Below, piece by piece: positions 1 to 10,741 of a DNA stretch of 64,000 bases (position 1 is its first letter; each line of letters begins with the position of its first letter). The notes beneath the pieces were generated by a model. The model was not told the DNA's origin and ran no database searches. It saw only the letters and a list, made by a program, of their open reading frames with translations. The translations under genes were made by a program, and so were the position numbers. Source of the stretch: Microcoleus sp. (GTDB lineage: Bacteria; Cyanobacteriota; Cyanobacteriia; Cyanobacteriales; Microcoleaceae); contig JAYFMW010000030.1 of the NCBI GenBank assembly GCA_042408215.1, positions 576,001-640,000 on the forward strand, read 5' to 3'.

Positions 1-1
1 T

Positions 2-163
2 TTGCCAGTAGGACTTGTGGGAACTATTGTCGAAGTGTATGATACGGGAAAGGAATGTCAGTATTTAGTGGAGTTTTCTGATAGTCAAGGGATTGAATAT
101 GCTATGGCTATTTTGAAGGCAGATGAAATTTTAGTTCTGCAATATGAACTTGCAGTTGCTTAG
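2..163 (+). CDS. DUF4926-like small protein, 5'-truncated by the window edge
   Basis: Manual translation LPVGLVGTIVEVYD...YLVEFSDSQGIEYAMAILKADEILVLQYELAVA*; the GTIVEVY/YLVEFSD pattern is typical of DUF4926. Confidence 0.7.
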   Translation: MPVGLVGTIVEVYDTGKECQYLVEFSDSQGIEYAMAILKADEILVLQYELAVA

Positions 164-335
164 TAATGTGAGGGGAGTAAAAGTTCGATAAGCGCGATCG
201 CCCTTTTGCTTATTTGGGCGAAAAGGGCGATCGCACTTTGACCAGTCCTCATAGAGGCCGACACTGAAAGTAGCATCGCACTTTGGGAAAAAAGACTATC
301 GCCCCTAAGCATAAAAGGGGCGATACCACTACATT

Positions 336-1097
336 TCAAAGTGAAATACCGGGCAGTGGCAAATTAGGTAACACAGGAATAGGATCAGAAGGCTGTGGAG
401 GTTGCCCTGGTGTATTTACAGTCCCAGGACTCTCAAGCAGTGGTTGATTAGGCAACAAAAGCCTTGTAGTTGTGATACTGGAAGCTGGAACATTATTCAG
501 TTGGGCTAATTGTTCACCTGTGCTTCTAACACTAAGTAGGGTATTAACACCTGCGGCTTGAATCAAGATGTCACTGATATTTACACCTGCTGGTACTTGG
601 ATGAAATCGCTCCCATTTCCAAAGTCGGTGATGATATCTAAACCGCCACCTGTTGACAGTACAAATCTATCATTTCCCAGTCCACCTGTGAGGGTATCAT
701 TTCCCTGATCGCCTGAGAGGAAATCATCTCCTGCATCGCCAAAGAGTTGATCGTTGCCTTTACCACCAAATAAACTGTCGTTTTCGTCTCCGCCTCTAAT
801 GATATCTTCATTGGCATCGCCTCGGATAGAGTCGCTGCCAATTCCTCCATCTACGAAATCGTTATCTTTACCACCTATCAGGGTATCGTTACCAGCACCA
901 CCTGAAATGCTATCTTGACCTTCGTTTCCCAAAATTAATTCGCTGTCAGCAGAGCCTATGACTGTATCATTGCCACCGAGAAACCACGCGCCACCTGGAA
1001 TATTTGCTAGTTGTCCGGGGGATAGGGTGATAAATTCAGAGGTGTTATCGCCGATAAATCGAGAGATTCCGTTTACTACGTTAGGTTGTAATGCCAT
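336..1097 (-). CDS. RTX/hemolysin-type calcium-binding repeat protein
   Basis: Multiple GGxGxDxLx nonapeptides (GGAGNDTLI, GGKGNDQLF, GGLGNDRFV); ATG at 1097 chosen as start. Confidence 0.85.
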   Translation of the reverse strand: MALQPNVVNGISRFIGDNTSEFITLSPGQLANIPGGAWFLGGNDTVIGSADSELILGNEGQDSISGGAGNDTLIGGKDNDFVDGGIGSDSIRGDANEDIIRGGDENDSLFGGKGNDQLFGDAGDDFLSGDQGNDTLTGGLGNDRFVLSTGGGLDIITDFGNGSDFIQVPAGVNISDILIQAAGVNTLLSVRSTGEQLAQLNNVPASSITTTRLLLPNQPLLESPGTVNTPGQPPQPSDPIPVLPNLPLPGISL

Positions 1098-1223
1098 ATT
1101 TGACGCTTTCAAATCTGAATTGTACTGGATTTTATAAGGGTGATGGGAGATTGATCGCGGTTGAGAAAGGAAAGGGTAATCGCTCTGTTAACTATATGTT
1201 TATTTGCGAATTTCTTCTAGGAA

Positions 1224-3241
1224 TTACGCATACTCAAGACTACTATATTTCCCCCCCAATGGAACTAACCGAGAATCAAAATCTATTTTTGCTTCAAACT
1301 CAGGACCAGGACGCCAGGGCTTACCAGCAGACGAACCCATCTGGTCTAAATTAAATAGTTTGCTGATTTGGTCAGGATTTATTTCATTATTATTCTCGAT
1401 CATTTTTGCAAAAGCTGTGACAACAGCGATATGTTTATCGGTTTCGAGAAGCTGAACAACAGAATTAAATTTCAAATAAAAAGACTCATCAGCGGTATAT
1501 GCACGATCAAAATTACCTAATGCACTGCCATAAAATGCCCATGCCCACTTGGAGTAATCTGAAAAGTTCACATTTCCTTCTTGGTATCCGCCATTTGTAG
1601 TTGCAGCAGGATCTAAAGCAATGAGTTTATTGACTCCTCCGAGATCTTTAGCAGTTTGCCAAGCTACATAAGACCCTAAACTGTGACCTACTAAGTTAAT
1701 GTTGCTAGGATCTATTTTCCATTCATCGAATAGTTTCTTTTTAGTAGCATCTGCTACAGGCTCAATCCAAGAAGCTGCTTCTGATAAATTAATGCCAGCA
1801 TTAGCAGCTTTCCTCCAATCAAGAATCAATACCTGAACTCTGTCTTGATACCTATCGTATATGGCCTTGGCTAAAGACTGAATTTTATCATCATCTGAAC
1901 TATCATTAAAGCCATGAGTGAGTACCCAAGTAGGACGGTTAGCGATCTCTGATAATGGGCGACCTACAGACTTAAATTCTATAGGTTTAGACTCACTTCC
2001 CTTAGTGGCTGTACCCGAACCAGATATGGGATTAGATACTTTATCCCAAGACAGGGCAAAACTGGCTGCACCTTCTTGTTCTTTATATCCACCATAGACC
2101 CAATATTTGCCAGTAGTTCCCGGAGTAAAAGTGTATTTTTTGCCGCCGTAAGCATCATTTAACCAATTCCAATTTTGACCACTTATGTTAACCCATTGAT
2201 TCCCGTTAACGGGAAAAGCTCCTATTCTGTAAGAATCATCTGCTTTTATTGAAAACTCGTAAGTTTTACCTGCTTCAAAATCTGCTTTTGTATAGAAGTT
2301 AACTCCAAATTTATCTGAGCCAGTTAAGCCTAAATTACTAAGAGGAGCTCCATCACCCCAATTTCTGGAAATAGCGTTTCTACTACTAATAGCATTTCCG
2401 TCATTAAGAGTAAATTTATAAAATCCTTTACTTGTGATTCCTGAACTCCAATCAAAAATTTCGCCTCCCCAGTTTTGAGCATAGTAGTCATCAGCCTTCT
2501 CAATGGAAATTGTTTGCCCATTGAAGAGAACAGTCGCACTATCATTTTTATCCTTCAACCCCTGAAGATCACCCTCACTCAACTCCTTACCCTGAACAAC
2601 CCTCGCAAAAATCGCTCCCTCATCTCCCGGTGAATCCGTAACATTCAACCGCGCATCAACAGAGTGCCCTACCTCTTCCCGCAACACATCCGCGATCGCC
2701 CCCAAATTCCCCCCAGCCAATAATTCCCTCGATAAATAAATCGTATCCGTCGCCTCAGCAAAAGCCCCATTCGCCCCACCAATCTCAGCAGACGAGACAA
2801 CTTTCACCGGCGGGATATCGCTAAAATCTCCCTGAAACCATGCTTCAGCTAAGGTTTTCGCAGCCCCAGCATCCCAGTTTACCCCAAAAGGCACATTCAG
2901 CTTAGCCGCGAAATCTGGATCGGCCGCAAACTTACTCAAATCCCCATAAACCTCTGACATCGCCTGACCTGTTAGCAAATCGACAGAGCTATCCGGTAAA
3001 CTGCTGTTGGAGTCAGCGTGCTCACTGCACTAGCCATCCGGGTTAGCGCAGCGTCAGGCAAAATGATATTGTCATAGGCTTGAGGCGTTAAAGTTGGGAT
3101 ATTAACTTCCTGACCAATACCCCCCGTTAGCACAGGGTTAGCATCTAGCTTCGGGATAATAGCCTTAGTCGGTTCTAGGCTGGCATTCCAAGGAGCGATC
3201 GCACTTTCGTTATTAAATTCAGGCGTAAAAAAATTAGACAC
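1224..3241 (-). pseudogene. Alpha/beta-hydrolase (lipase-like) multidomain protein split by a single-base frameshift near 2998-3000
   Basis: ORFs 2972..3241 and 1224..2978 join as ...TPTAVLPDSSVDLLTGQAM if one T is added; lipase motifs THGFN, LVGHSLG and ALDPA in the C-terminal half. Confidence 0.7.
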
Positions 3242-3339
3242 GTTATTCTCCCCTGTTGATTAGAGACAAGTACATAGACTTGCCCTATGTTTGCTGAGAT
3301 TAAATAAACTGTTTGTTATCAAAGCCGATCGGCCGATCG

Positions 3340-3820
3340 CCCTGATACACCCTGAGCCCGGATGCACCGCAAAAGTAGCGGTAATTCTAGAGCTCTATTT
3401 ATCTATCAGGTTCAGTCCCCAAGTTTTATGCAAAATACTGGTCTTTTGTTACAAAACTTTACATAATCCGTTCCTGACCCTGACAGATAGTAGCTTTGAG
3501 CTGAATTAGAGCGATCGCCCTAATCCACCCTGAGCCCCGATGAACCGCAAAAGTAGCGGTAATTCTAGAGCTCTATTTATCTATCAGGTTCAGTCCCCAA
3601 GTTTTATGCAAAATACTGGTCTTTTGTTACAAAACTTTACATAATCCGTTCCTAACCCTGACAGATAGTAGGTTTGAGCTGAATTAGAGCGATCGCCCTA
3701 ATCCACCCTGAGCCCCGACGCACCGCAAAAGTAGCGGTAATTCTAGAGCTCTATTTATCTATCAGGTTCAGTCCCCAAGTTTTATGCAAAATACTGGTCT
3801 TTTGTTACAAAACTTTACCT
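3340..3820. repeat. 178-bp tandem repeat, about 2.7 copies, in a divergent promoter region
   Basis: GAYGMACCGCAAAAGTAGCGG recurs at 3361, 3539 and 3717. Confidence 0.95.
3448..3465 (+). promoter_or_regulatory. HLR1 (RpaB-binding) direct repeat; second copy at 3626..3643, degenerate third copy at 3804
   Basis: GTTACAAA-AC-TTTACATA matches (G/T)TTACA(T/A)(T/A)-N2-(G/T)TTACA(T/A)(T/A). Confidence 0.6.
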
Positions 3821-4012
3821 AGCGCCCTCAGACGTTCGCATATAGTAGCTTTGAGGTAACATGAAGCGATCGCGCCTCCCGTTTATCTAAGTATCTACAC
3901 TGATAGATTTAGTCGTTAGTAAAATACTACACTAGCTAAAGCTAGCTAGCAACTAACAAACGCTAGCAATTTCGGTTATGCTATCGTTAGTCAAATCTCA
4001 ACACACCCGAAA

Positions 4013-4462
4013 ATGATACCAAAGGAAGACTTATTTACCGAAGCCGCCAAAAACTGGGACTTAGAAAGACTCTACCAAGCTTTTGCAGAAGCTAAACGGC
4101 AAATCTCACCCCGATCGCGCCGGGGACTCACAGAAACCGAAAAACTCTACCTCCGAGGCTTGCTTTCCGGTTGCAGTCCCGCCGAAATCGCTCGCCAACT
4201 CCTTCAGACTTCCAAAAGTGCAGAGGTTTATTTATGTAAAACTTTATACCAATATGTTAAAAAAATCGCAGATGTACCTAACGAACCTGTAGGAAATTGG
4301 CGCAATATTTGCGATCGGCTACAGGAAGCCGGATATCAAAGTCAGTCTTCTCCTGAATTGAAACTAAATAATTCAGTACCTACAGAAGCATTAATAAAGA
4401 TAGTTGGTATAGGTGTGATTGAGAAGAAAGTACAATATCAATGGATATCAACATTCAATTAA
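4013..4462 (+). CDS. Cyanobacterial HTH DNA-binding protein (type found N-terminal to NB-ARC/AAA proteins); C-terminus possibly frameshifted
   Basis: LTETEKLYLRGLLSGCSPAEIARQL HTH pattern; an alternative frame from about 4429 runs to TAG at 4518. Confidence 0.65.
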   Translation: MIPKEDLFTEAAKNWDLERLYQAFAEAKRQISPRSRRGLTETEKLYLRGLLSGCSPAEIARQLLQTSKSAEVYLCKTLYQYVKKIADVPNEPVGNWRNICDRLQEAGYQSQSSPELKLNNSVPTEALIKIVGIGVIEKKVQYQWISTFN

Positions 4463-4530
4463 CATTCCCCTCAACTTCAGAAACTCCAAAAACCGAAGAC
4501 TTGGATAAAAAAGACTAGATGTGTTACGGA

Positions 4531-5000
4531 TGGGGTTCAGAAACCGGGGTTTTTTCCGAAATACTTCGTTGTCACCCGCAGACTTGGTGAAACACATTCG
4601 GCTTCGCTCAGTGCTTTGTCGGAGTGCGTGGGGTTCAGAAACCGGGTTTTTTCCGAGATACTTCGTTGTTACCCACAGACTTGGTAAAAAACCCGGTTTC
4701 TTGTCGGAGTGTAAGTCCAGAAACCGGGTTTTTTCCGAAATACTTCGTTGTCACCCACAGACTTGGTAAAAAACCCGGTTTCTTGTCGGAGTGCGTGGGG
4801 TTCAGAAACCGGGTTTTTTCCGAAATACTTCGTTGTCACCCACAGACTTGGTAAAAAACCCGGTTTCTTGTCGGAGTGCGTGGGGTTCAGAAACCGGGTT
4901 TTTTCCGAGATACTTCGTTGTTACCCACAGACTTGGTAAAAAACCCGGTTTCTTGTCGGAGTGCGTGGGGTTCAGAAACCGGGTTTTTTCCGAAATACTT
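4531..5000. repeat. Tandem array of about 84-bp REP-like units
   Basis: Repeated inverted pair AGAAACCGGGTTTTT...AAAAACCCGGTTTCT, 5-6 near-identical units. Confidence 0.9.
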
Positions 5001-5029
5001 AGGATAAACCCGCCCCACCCCACCTTAAT

Positions 5030-6439
5030 TCACCGTACCAAAAAAGCCGCACACTCCACATGAGAAGTCTGAGGAAAGAAATCAGCCGGCTGTACCCGCA
5101 CTAATTTATAATCCCCATTTTCACACAAGATTTTGAGGTCACGAGCCAAAGTAGCCGGCTTACAACTAACATAAACAATCCGATTCGGTTGTATTTCCTT
5201 AATAGTTTCCAAAACCGCGCGATCGCAACCTTTACGCGGCGGATCTAACAACAGAATATCCGGCTTCACCCCCAACTGCGGCAGCAAATCTTCCACAGTT
5301 CCAACATGAAATGTCACATTTGTCAAGTCATTTAACTCAGCATTTAACTCCGCTTGGGCGATCGCCTCCCGTTGCACTTCCAAACCTATTGCTATTTGCA
5401 CTTGTTTCGCCAGCGGCAAAGTAAAAGTCCCAATCCCGCAATAAGCATCCACCAAAACCTCATTTCCCTGCAAATTCAATTCAGATGCGATCGCCTGCAA
5501 CAAACCCTCAGCCGCCTCTGTATTCACCTGAAAAAAAGTATCCGCCCTTAACTGAAAATCCAAACCAGCAAACTCTTCTCGCAGATAAGCACGACCGGCA
5601 ATGCAGCGAGTTTCTGCACCAAAAATTACATTGGTTTTCGCAGAATTGATATTCAAACAAACACCCGCAAGTTTAGGATAGCTCTTTAACCAATCAGATG
5701 CTTGCGTTTCCAATCCCGGCAAATCTCCAGTCCTAGCTATTAAAGTTAGCAGCATCTCCCCCGTGCGTCGTCCGATTCGCAAGGATAAATGACGCAATTC
5801 TCCAGTATGTTGCTTTTCATCGTACACTGGCCATTTCATCCAGTGTATGTCTTCTTTGATTTCTTTTAATAAAGGATCGAGGCGCGGATCTTGCACCGGG
5901 CACTGATTCAAATTAACTAATTTGTGAGTGCTTTTTTGATAGTAACCAGCTTGGATTTTACCAGCCGCCGATCTTGCTAAAGGATAGGTGGCTTTGTTCC
6001 GGTATCCCAAGAATTGGGGGAAATTATCTATTTTCCCCGCTAAGATTTCATCCACTCGCAAATCGCTAAAGCCACCAATTCGTTCTAAGGCTTGAATTAC
6101 TTGATTTTGCTTGGCTTTAAGCTGATAGTCATAATTTACGTGCTGCCACTGACAGCCGCCGCACTTGTCGGCGACAATACAGTTGGGTCTGATGCGGTGT
6201 TCCGATGCTTCGAGAAGTGTCTCCAGCTTGGCTGTAGCATAGGTGGATTTGACTTGTACGAGGCGGACGAGAACTCGATCGCCCGGAACCGTATCGGGTA
6301 CAAACACCACCAAGGAGTCAAAACGACCAACTCCGTCGCCTGTGTCTGCTAAGTCGGTAATCTCTATTTCAATCAGTTGACCTTGCTGGCAAGGGTTTGC
6401 TGGTTTCGGGTTGAGGATGGGGGAATTTGATTTGGTCAC
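5030..6439 (-). CDS. rlmD: 23S rRNA (uracil1939-C5)-methyltransferase
   Basis: TRAM domain, CxxxxxCGGC Fe-S motif, FFQVN, DAYCGIG, LDPPRKG, YVSCKP, FPQTSHVE. Confidence 0.95.
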   Translation of the reverse strand: MTKSNSPILNPKPANPCQQGQLIEIEITDLADTGDGVGRFDSLVVFVPDTVPGDRVLVRLVQVKSTYATAKLETLLEASEHRIRPNCIVADKCGGCQWQHVNYDYQLKAKQNQVIQALERIGGFSDLRVDEILAGKIDNFPQFLGYRNKATYPLARSAAGKIQAGYYQKSTHKLVNLNQCPVQDPRLDPLLKEIKEDIHWMKWPVYDEKQHTGELRHLSLRIGRRTGEMLLTLIARTGDLPGLETQASDWLKSYPKLAGVCLNINSAKTNVIFGAETRCIAGRAYLREEFAGLDFQLRADTFFQVNTEAAEGLLQAIASELNLQGNEVLVDAYCGIGTFTLPLAKQVQIAIGLEVQREAIAQAELNAELNDLTNVTFHVGTVEDLLPQLGVKPDILLLDPPRKGCDRAVLETIKEIQPNRIVYVSCKPATLARDLKILCENGDYKLVRVQPADFFPQTSHVECAAFLVR

Positions 6440-6465
6440 AAGTAGTTGTGGTATAATTCACTATG

Positions 6466-6742
6466 TTGACACTCCCCGTCCTTTCCTGAGCGGGGATTCT
6501 TGGTTCAGCGAGACCACTTAGACTAGATACCTGGCAGCGTCTAACAAGCGAGGTGGGACTCTCCCCAAGCATTAATTTGGGTATGCCCTACCCTATTCGC
6601 ATTACTGCGGAGGGTGGCAACGAGACGAGGATTCATTGCCATAATCATGGTAAAATCCTCAGATATTGAACCGCAGAATCACAATCTAGGTCTAGATCGG
6701 AAACTTTTCATCCCACAAGTGGGGCGGGGCGTATTCCTCACT
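6466..6742 (-). mobile_element. Non-autonomous IS200/IS605 mini-element (tnpB 3' remnant plus right end)
   Basis: On the minus strand: TTAT, left-end hairpin ending GGGATGAAA, remnant GHTQINAWGE, right end GAATCCCCGCTCAGGAAAGGACGGGGAGTGTCAA. Confidence 0.7.
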
Positions 6743-6877
6743 ATAAAACGCCGTAGAGGTAAACAAATGTGAGTACCTTGAAGGAAGTTCTAGATATCCT
6801 TAACAGGATAGTGGAACCCAAACCATACCGCTTGCGGTTGGTGTGGGAGCGTCACACAGGTTGATTACCTTTCCTGT

Positions 6878-7140
6878 ATAGCTGGTAAAAGTATAGTCAT
6901 CTATTACAGTGCCGTGGGAGGCGTTCAGTCCCTCCCCTTTCGCTTTCACTTCGAGCGGATTAACCCTTCTAAAGCTGAACTACGCAGCTCTCTATCAAGA
7001 GTGCTAAACGCATTTGGGATTGCTTTTCTCAAAATATTGTAAGACCCGTTAACATCGGCGTTAATCAATCGACCCTTCTGACTATATGATACTACCATTG
7101 TCTATTGATGCTTACAATCTTAATGAAGTTTTACAATACT
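6878..7140 (-). mobile_element. Internally deleted tnpB element (MITE-like), paralogous to 50561..50833
   Basis: Encodes GRLINADVNGSYNILRKAIPNAF (RuvC-III end of TnpB); both termini shared with the 50.6-kb copy. Confidence 0.7.
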
Positions 7141-7177
7141 CAATATTATCACAAAATTGGGCGGAGCGTAGCGGAGG

Positions 7178-7449
7178 GTTAAAACCCCGTCCTTTTAGGA
7201 CGGCTTTTGCCATTGTTAAGTAATGTAACACATCTATCTCAACAAATGAATATGGTAGAATCAGTACATCAGACAAGATTTAAAAACCTACCCCCGGACT
7301 GGGGGAAAGTCTACGCCCAAAACATTCACAGAGGAGACATGACTACGCACTTACGTGCAAACGTGGTCAGCCTGGGAACTAAGCGCCATAGGGATATTAA
7401 GACCGAAAAGTCTTAAGAATCCTATGGTCTTTAGGTCTAGGAGTGTCAA
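7178..7449 (+). mobile_element. Non-autonomous IS605 mini-element
   Basis: Left hairpin AAAACCCCGTCCTTTTAGGACGGCTT; right end AAGAATCCTATGGTCTTTAGGTCTAGGAGTGTCAA. Confidence 0.65.
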
Positions 7450-7741
7450 CACAAAATATTGAGATCTGCTATGGGGACGCAGACAGAACTCGTCAAAGAG
7501 TCCAAATGTCGATCGAGATTCAAACTCTCGATCGCAGTTTTTGAATTTTCCCCGCAGTACCTTGGGACACAAGGAAACTGGCTTAGTTACTAAGCATAAC
7601 GCTTGCGGAGATTTATCTTCTACTTCTCTTGTTGATAAATGTTAGAATTAAGGTAAATCGCTGAACCAAGAATCTCATCTTTCAGGGATGAGAATGTCAA
7701 TTAATGTTAATCTCAAATATCCTCAAATTTTTTGAATAACA

Positions 7742-8227
7742 ATGAGCGTAGTTAGCCAACTAATTCTCCAAGCCGACGATGAACTTCGCTATCCCAGTAC
7801 CGGCGAACTTCAAAGCATCAAAGATTTCTTGAAAACGGGCGAACAGCGGGTACGCATTGCTACTGCGCTTTCTGACAGTGAGAGAAAAATTGTTGATGAA
7901 GCTAGCAAAAAACTCTGGAAAAAGCGCCCTGACTTTATCTCCCCCGGAGGTAATGCTTACGGTCAACGCGAACGGGCTTTGTGTCTGCGCGACTACGGCT
8001 GGTATTTGCGCCTGATTACCTATGGTATCTTGGCGGGTGACAAGGAGCCGATCGAAAGTATTGGTTTGATTGGCGTTCGGGAAATGTACAATTCTCTGGG
8101 CGTTCCTGTTCCTGGAATGGTGGAAGCTATCCGCTGTTTGAAGGAAGCTTCTTTGGCTTTGCTCAATCAGGATGATGCGAAGGAAGCTGCTCCTTATTTT
8201 GATTATATCGCTCAGGCCATGTCCTAA
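7742..8227 (+). CDS. apcD: Allophycocyanin-B alpha subunit
   Basis: [19 protein letters not shown] start, [16 protein letters not shown], 161 aa. Confidence 0.95.
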   Translation: MSVVSQLILQADDELRYPSTGELQSIKDFLKTGEQRVRIATALSDSERKIVDEASKKLWKKRPDFISPGGNAYGQRERALCLRDYGWYLRLITYGILAGDKEPIESIGLIGVREMYNSLGVPVPGMVEAIRCLKEASLALLNQDDAKEAAPYFDYIAQAMS

Positions 8228-8343
8228 TTGCTTTTGTGGCCGATGTGGCGAAGCATTTGCGCGTGATTTTGGGGTGAATTTGTCTCGCAATTACTCGTGA
8301 ATGTTTCGCTTCTGTTTGGTTCGGGAAATCTGCTTGATTTCTA

Positions 8344-8727
8344 TTAGGAAGCGCAAGTTTTCAAAGTTTCCCAAATTTCCAGAGTGTCTTGGCGTTGAAT
8401 GCACATTTGTCGCAAAAAGTCAAGGGTTTTTTGGCAATATTGTTTTTTGAATTTGCGGCTGTCCTGTTGAATGGATGTGGCGAGTTGCGAGAGTTCCGAG
8501 AGGTTGGGGCAATTTTGGATCTGGTGGGCGATCGCATTTCGCCATTCTTCCAGCCTGCGGTACGAGATAAATTGTCCGCCTCGATCGCGCCGATGCACAA
8601 ACACCACATTAGCCCAAGATTCCACTCGCTTAATTAGATTTTGGGGGATTTTGAGCATTTGGGCGATCGACCTCACGGTGATGCGGAGCTTTTTCGAGGG
8701 TTGGATGCGACGAAATAGTGGTGTCAT
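8344..8727 (-). CDS. Conserved hypothetical 127-aa protein, copy 1 of 3
   Basis: RVESWANVVFVHRRDRGGQFISYR; intact frame kept in all three paralogs. Confidence 0.8.
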   Translation of the reverse strand: MTPLFRRIQPSKKLRITVRSIAQMLKIPQNLIKRVESWANVVFVHRRDRGGQFISYRRLEEWRNAIAHQIQNCPNLSELSQLATSIQQDSRKFKKQYCQKTLDFLRQMCIQRQDTLEIWETLKTCAS

Positions 8728-8845
8728 GGCTGCTGGTCGAGCGTTGATGCTAACATTGTAACAAAAATAATGAAAGTTGCCAACTTAAAAATCGAAACTA
8801 GAATCAGGCATGGTAACTTAGCTGTATGCAGATAGGGGATGACTA

Positions 8846-9226
8846 ATGGTTGTAGCAGAAGCTAAACGAGAAAAAGAATACTTAAGACGAAGATTTACTG
8901 ATACCGGGCTGCGGCGGTTGGGTAAATTGCTGCGATCGTGGCGGGAAGCTAGGGGCTGGAGCGTTCACGAATTGAGCGAACAGACCAAGCAGCATGAGGC
9001 TCAATTTTACATTCTGGGGGGAGAGCCTTTGCCGAAACTTTTGGGGGTCAGCATTGCAGGGATTTCGAGAATCGAAAATGGCTATTACAACAAGCCAGCA
9101 CCGGATCTTTTGTGGCTGTTTCTCGATGTTCTCGAACCAGTGCACCCAGTAGAGCAGCGCTTGCTTACTTTGGAAGACTTACTGTTGATCGGAACAGAAT
9201 TTTGGAACCCAAACGTTGAGGCCTAG
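8846..9226 (+). CDS. XRE-family HTH regulator, cassette 1
   Basis: LGKLLRSWREARGWSVHEL...GVSIAGISRIENG. Confidence 0.85.
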   Translation: MVVAEAKREKEYLRRRFTDTGLRRLGKLLRSWREARGWSVHELSEQTKQHEAQFYILGGEPLPKLLGVSIAGISRIENGYYNKPAPDLLWLFLDVLEPVHPVEQRLLTLEDLLLIGTEFWNPNVEA

Positions 9227-9268
9227 GAGTGTCAAATATTGGTCAACAGGAAAGGCGCTAATTCCTGT

Positions 9269-9652
9269 TTAAGATGCCACACTGTTCAAAGTTTCCCAAC
9301 TTTCGAGAGTGTCTTGGCGTTGAATGCACATTTGTCGCAAAAAGTCAAGGGTTTTTTGGCAATATTGTTTTTTGAATTTGCGGCTGTCCTGTTGAATCGA
9401 TGTGGCGAGTTGCGAGAGTTCCGAGAGGTTGGGGGAAGTTTGGATCTGGTGGGCGATCGCATTTTGCCATTCTTCCAGCCTGCGGTACGAGATAAATTGT
9501 CCGCCTCGATCGCGCCGATGCACAAACACCACATTAGCCCAAGATTCCACTCGCTTAATTAGATTTTGGGGGATTTTCAGGAGTCGGGCGATCGACCTCA
9601 CGGTGATGCGGAGCTTTTTCGATGGTTGAATCCGGCGAAATAGTGGTGTCAT
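9269..9652 (-). CDS. Conserved hypothetical 127-aa protein, copy 2
   Basis: Near-identical to 8344..8727. Confidence 0.8.
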   Translation of the reverse strand: MTPLFRRIQPSKKLRITVRSIARLLKIPQNLIKRVESWANVVFVHRRDRGGQFISYRRLEEWQNAIAHQIQTSPNLSELSQLATSIQQDSRKFKKQYCQKTLDFLRQMCIQRQDTLESWETLNSVAS

Positions 9653-9840
9653 GGCTGTATACTTTGGGTTGAAGACAGAAGTTTGTGTGTTTCTGAATTA
9701 GATTTTACGACATATCAGACTCTTATTGCACTTGTGCAAGGAATTTATTTAAATAAAACTATATTTAAACTCGGATGTCGATCGTGCAATCCTCAATCGT
9801 TGGTACTGTCCTAGTTTGAGAGTTAAGGTAGGTGGGAAAA

Positions 9841-10242
9841 ATGTCAAGACTCTCTAACAAAGTTGTGGTAAACAAAGAGCAGGAATTGCGTCCAGTTCGC
9901 TTCACTGAAACCGGACGGATGCGTTTGGGCAAAATTTTGAAAGTCGCAAGACAGGAAACAGGCTGGTCTGTTAGCGAAACGGAATTTAAGACGAAAGCAT
10001 ACGAAGAAGCACTGTTTACAGCTACCAATCAACCCATACCTAGAGATATCGGTATTAGTGCTGCTACAGTTAACCGTTACGAGCGCGGGAAGTTGGATAA
10101 TCTAGATTGGCGATCGCTCAGTTTGTTATGCTTTGTACTTAAGCCGATCGACCCGGTGACAGGAGAAGCCCTCGAACCGACAAATGCGCTTTACATCGCT
10201 TGCGAACATCCGCCTTATAATGATGCGAAGCTCTATGAGTAG
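9841..10242 (+). CDS. XRE-family HTH regulator, cassette 2
   Basis: LGKILKVARQETGWSVSE...GISAATVNRYERG; alternative GTG start at 9832. Confidence 0.85.
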   Translation: MSRLSNKVVVNKEQELRPVRFTETGRMRLGKILKVARQETGWSVSETEFKTKAYEEALFTATNQPIPRDIGISAATVNRYERGKLDNLDWRSLSLLCFVLKPIDPVTGEALEPTNALYIACEHPPYNDAKLYE

Positions 10243-10357
10243 TTGATTTGCCATAGGTTAGCTTTTGCTCGCTTTGCAGGAATTGCTGTCGATCGGAACT
10301 GAGTTTTGGGGTCGAAACGACAAGCTACCGATCGCAGGAAAGGCCCCTAATTCCTGT

Positions 10358-10741
10358 TTAAGATGCCACACTGTTCAAAGTTTCCCAACTTTCCAGAGTG
10401 TCTTGGCGTTGAATGCACATTTGTCGCAAAAAGTCAAGGGTTTTTTGGCAATATTGTTTTTTGAATTTGCGGCTGTCCTGTTGAATCGATGTGGCGAGTT
10501 GGCAGATTTCCGAGAGGTTGGGGGAAGTTTGGATCTGGTGGGCGATCGCATTTTGCCATTCTTCCAGCCTGCGGTACGAGATAAATTGTCCGCCTCGATC
10601 GCGCCGATGCACAAACACCACATTAGCCCAAGATTCCACCCGCTGAATTAGATTTTGGGGAATTTTCAGGAGTCGGGCGATCGACCTCACGGTGATGCGG
10701 AGCTTTTTCGATGGTTGAATCCGGCGAAATAGAGGTGTCAT
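10358..10741 (-). CDS. Conserved hypothetical 127-aa protein, copy 3
   Basis: Near-identical to copy 2. Confidence 0.8.
   Translation of the reverse strand: MTPLFRRIQPSKKLRITVRSIARLLKIPQNLIQRVESWANVVFVHRRDRGGQFISYRRLEEWQNAIAHQIQTSPNLSEICQLATSIQQDSRKFKKQYCQKTLDFLRQMCIQRQDTLESWETLNSVAS

Noticed and set aside
4531..5000. CRISPR-like periodicity and ORFs with KPGF/RNRV repeats (also 34618..35232)
   Set aside because: Intervening sequences are near-identical; the ORFs are translations of REP-like repeats.
7760..8290. 176-aa antisense ORF over apcD, and similar shadow ORFs over glnA, crtE, tlyA and geoA
   Set aside because: Fully overlap well-supported genes and have no recognisable motifs.
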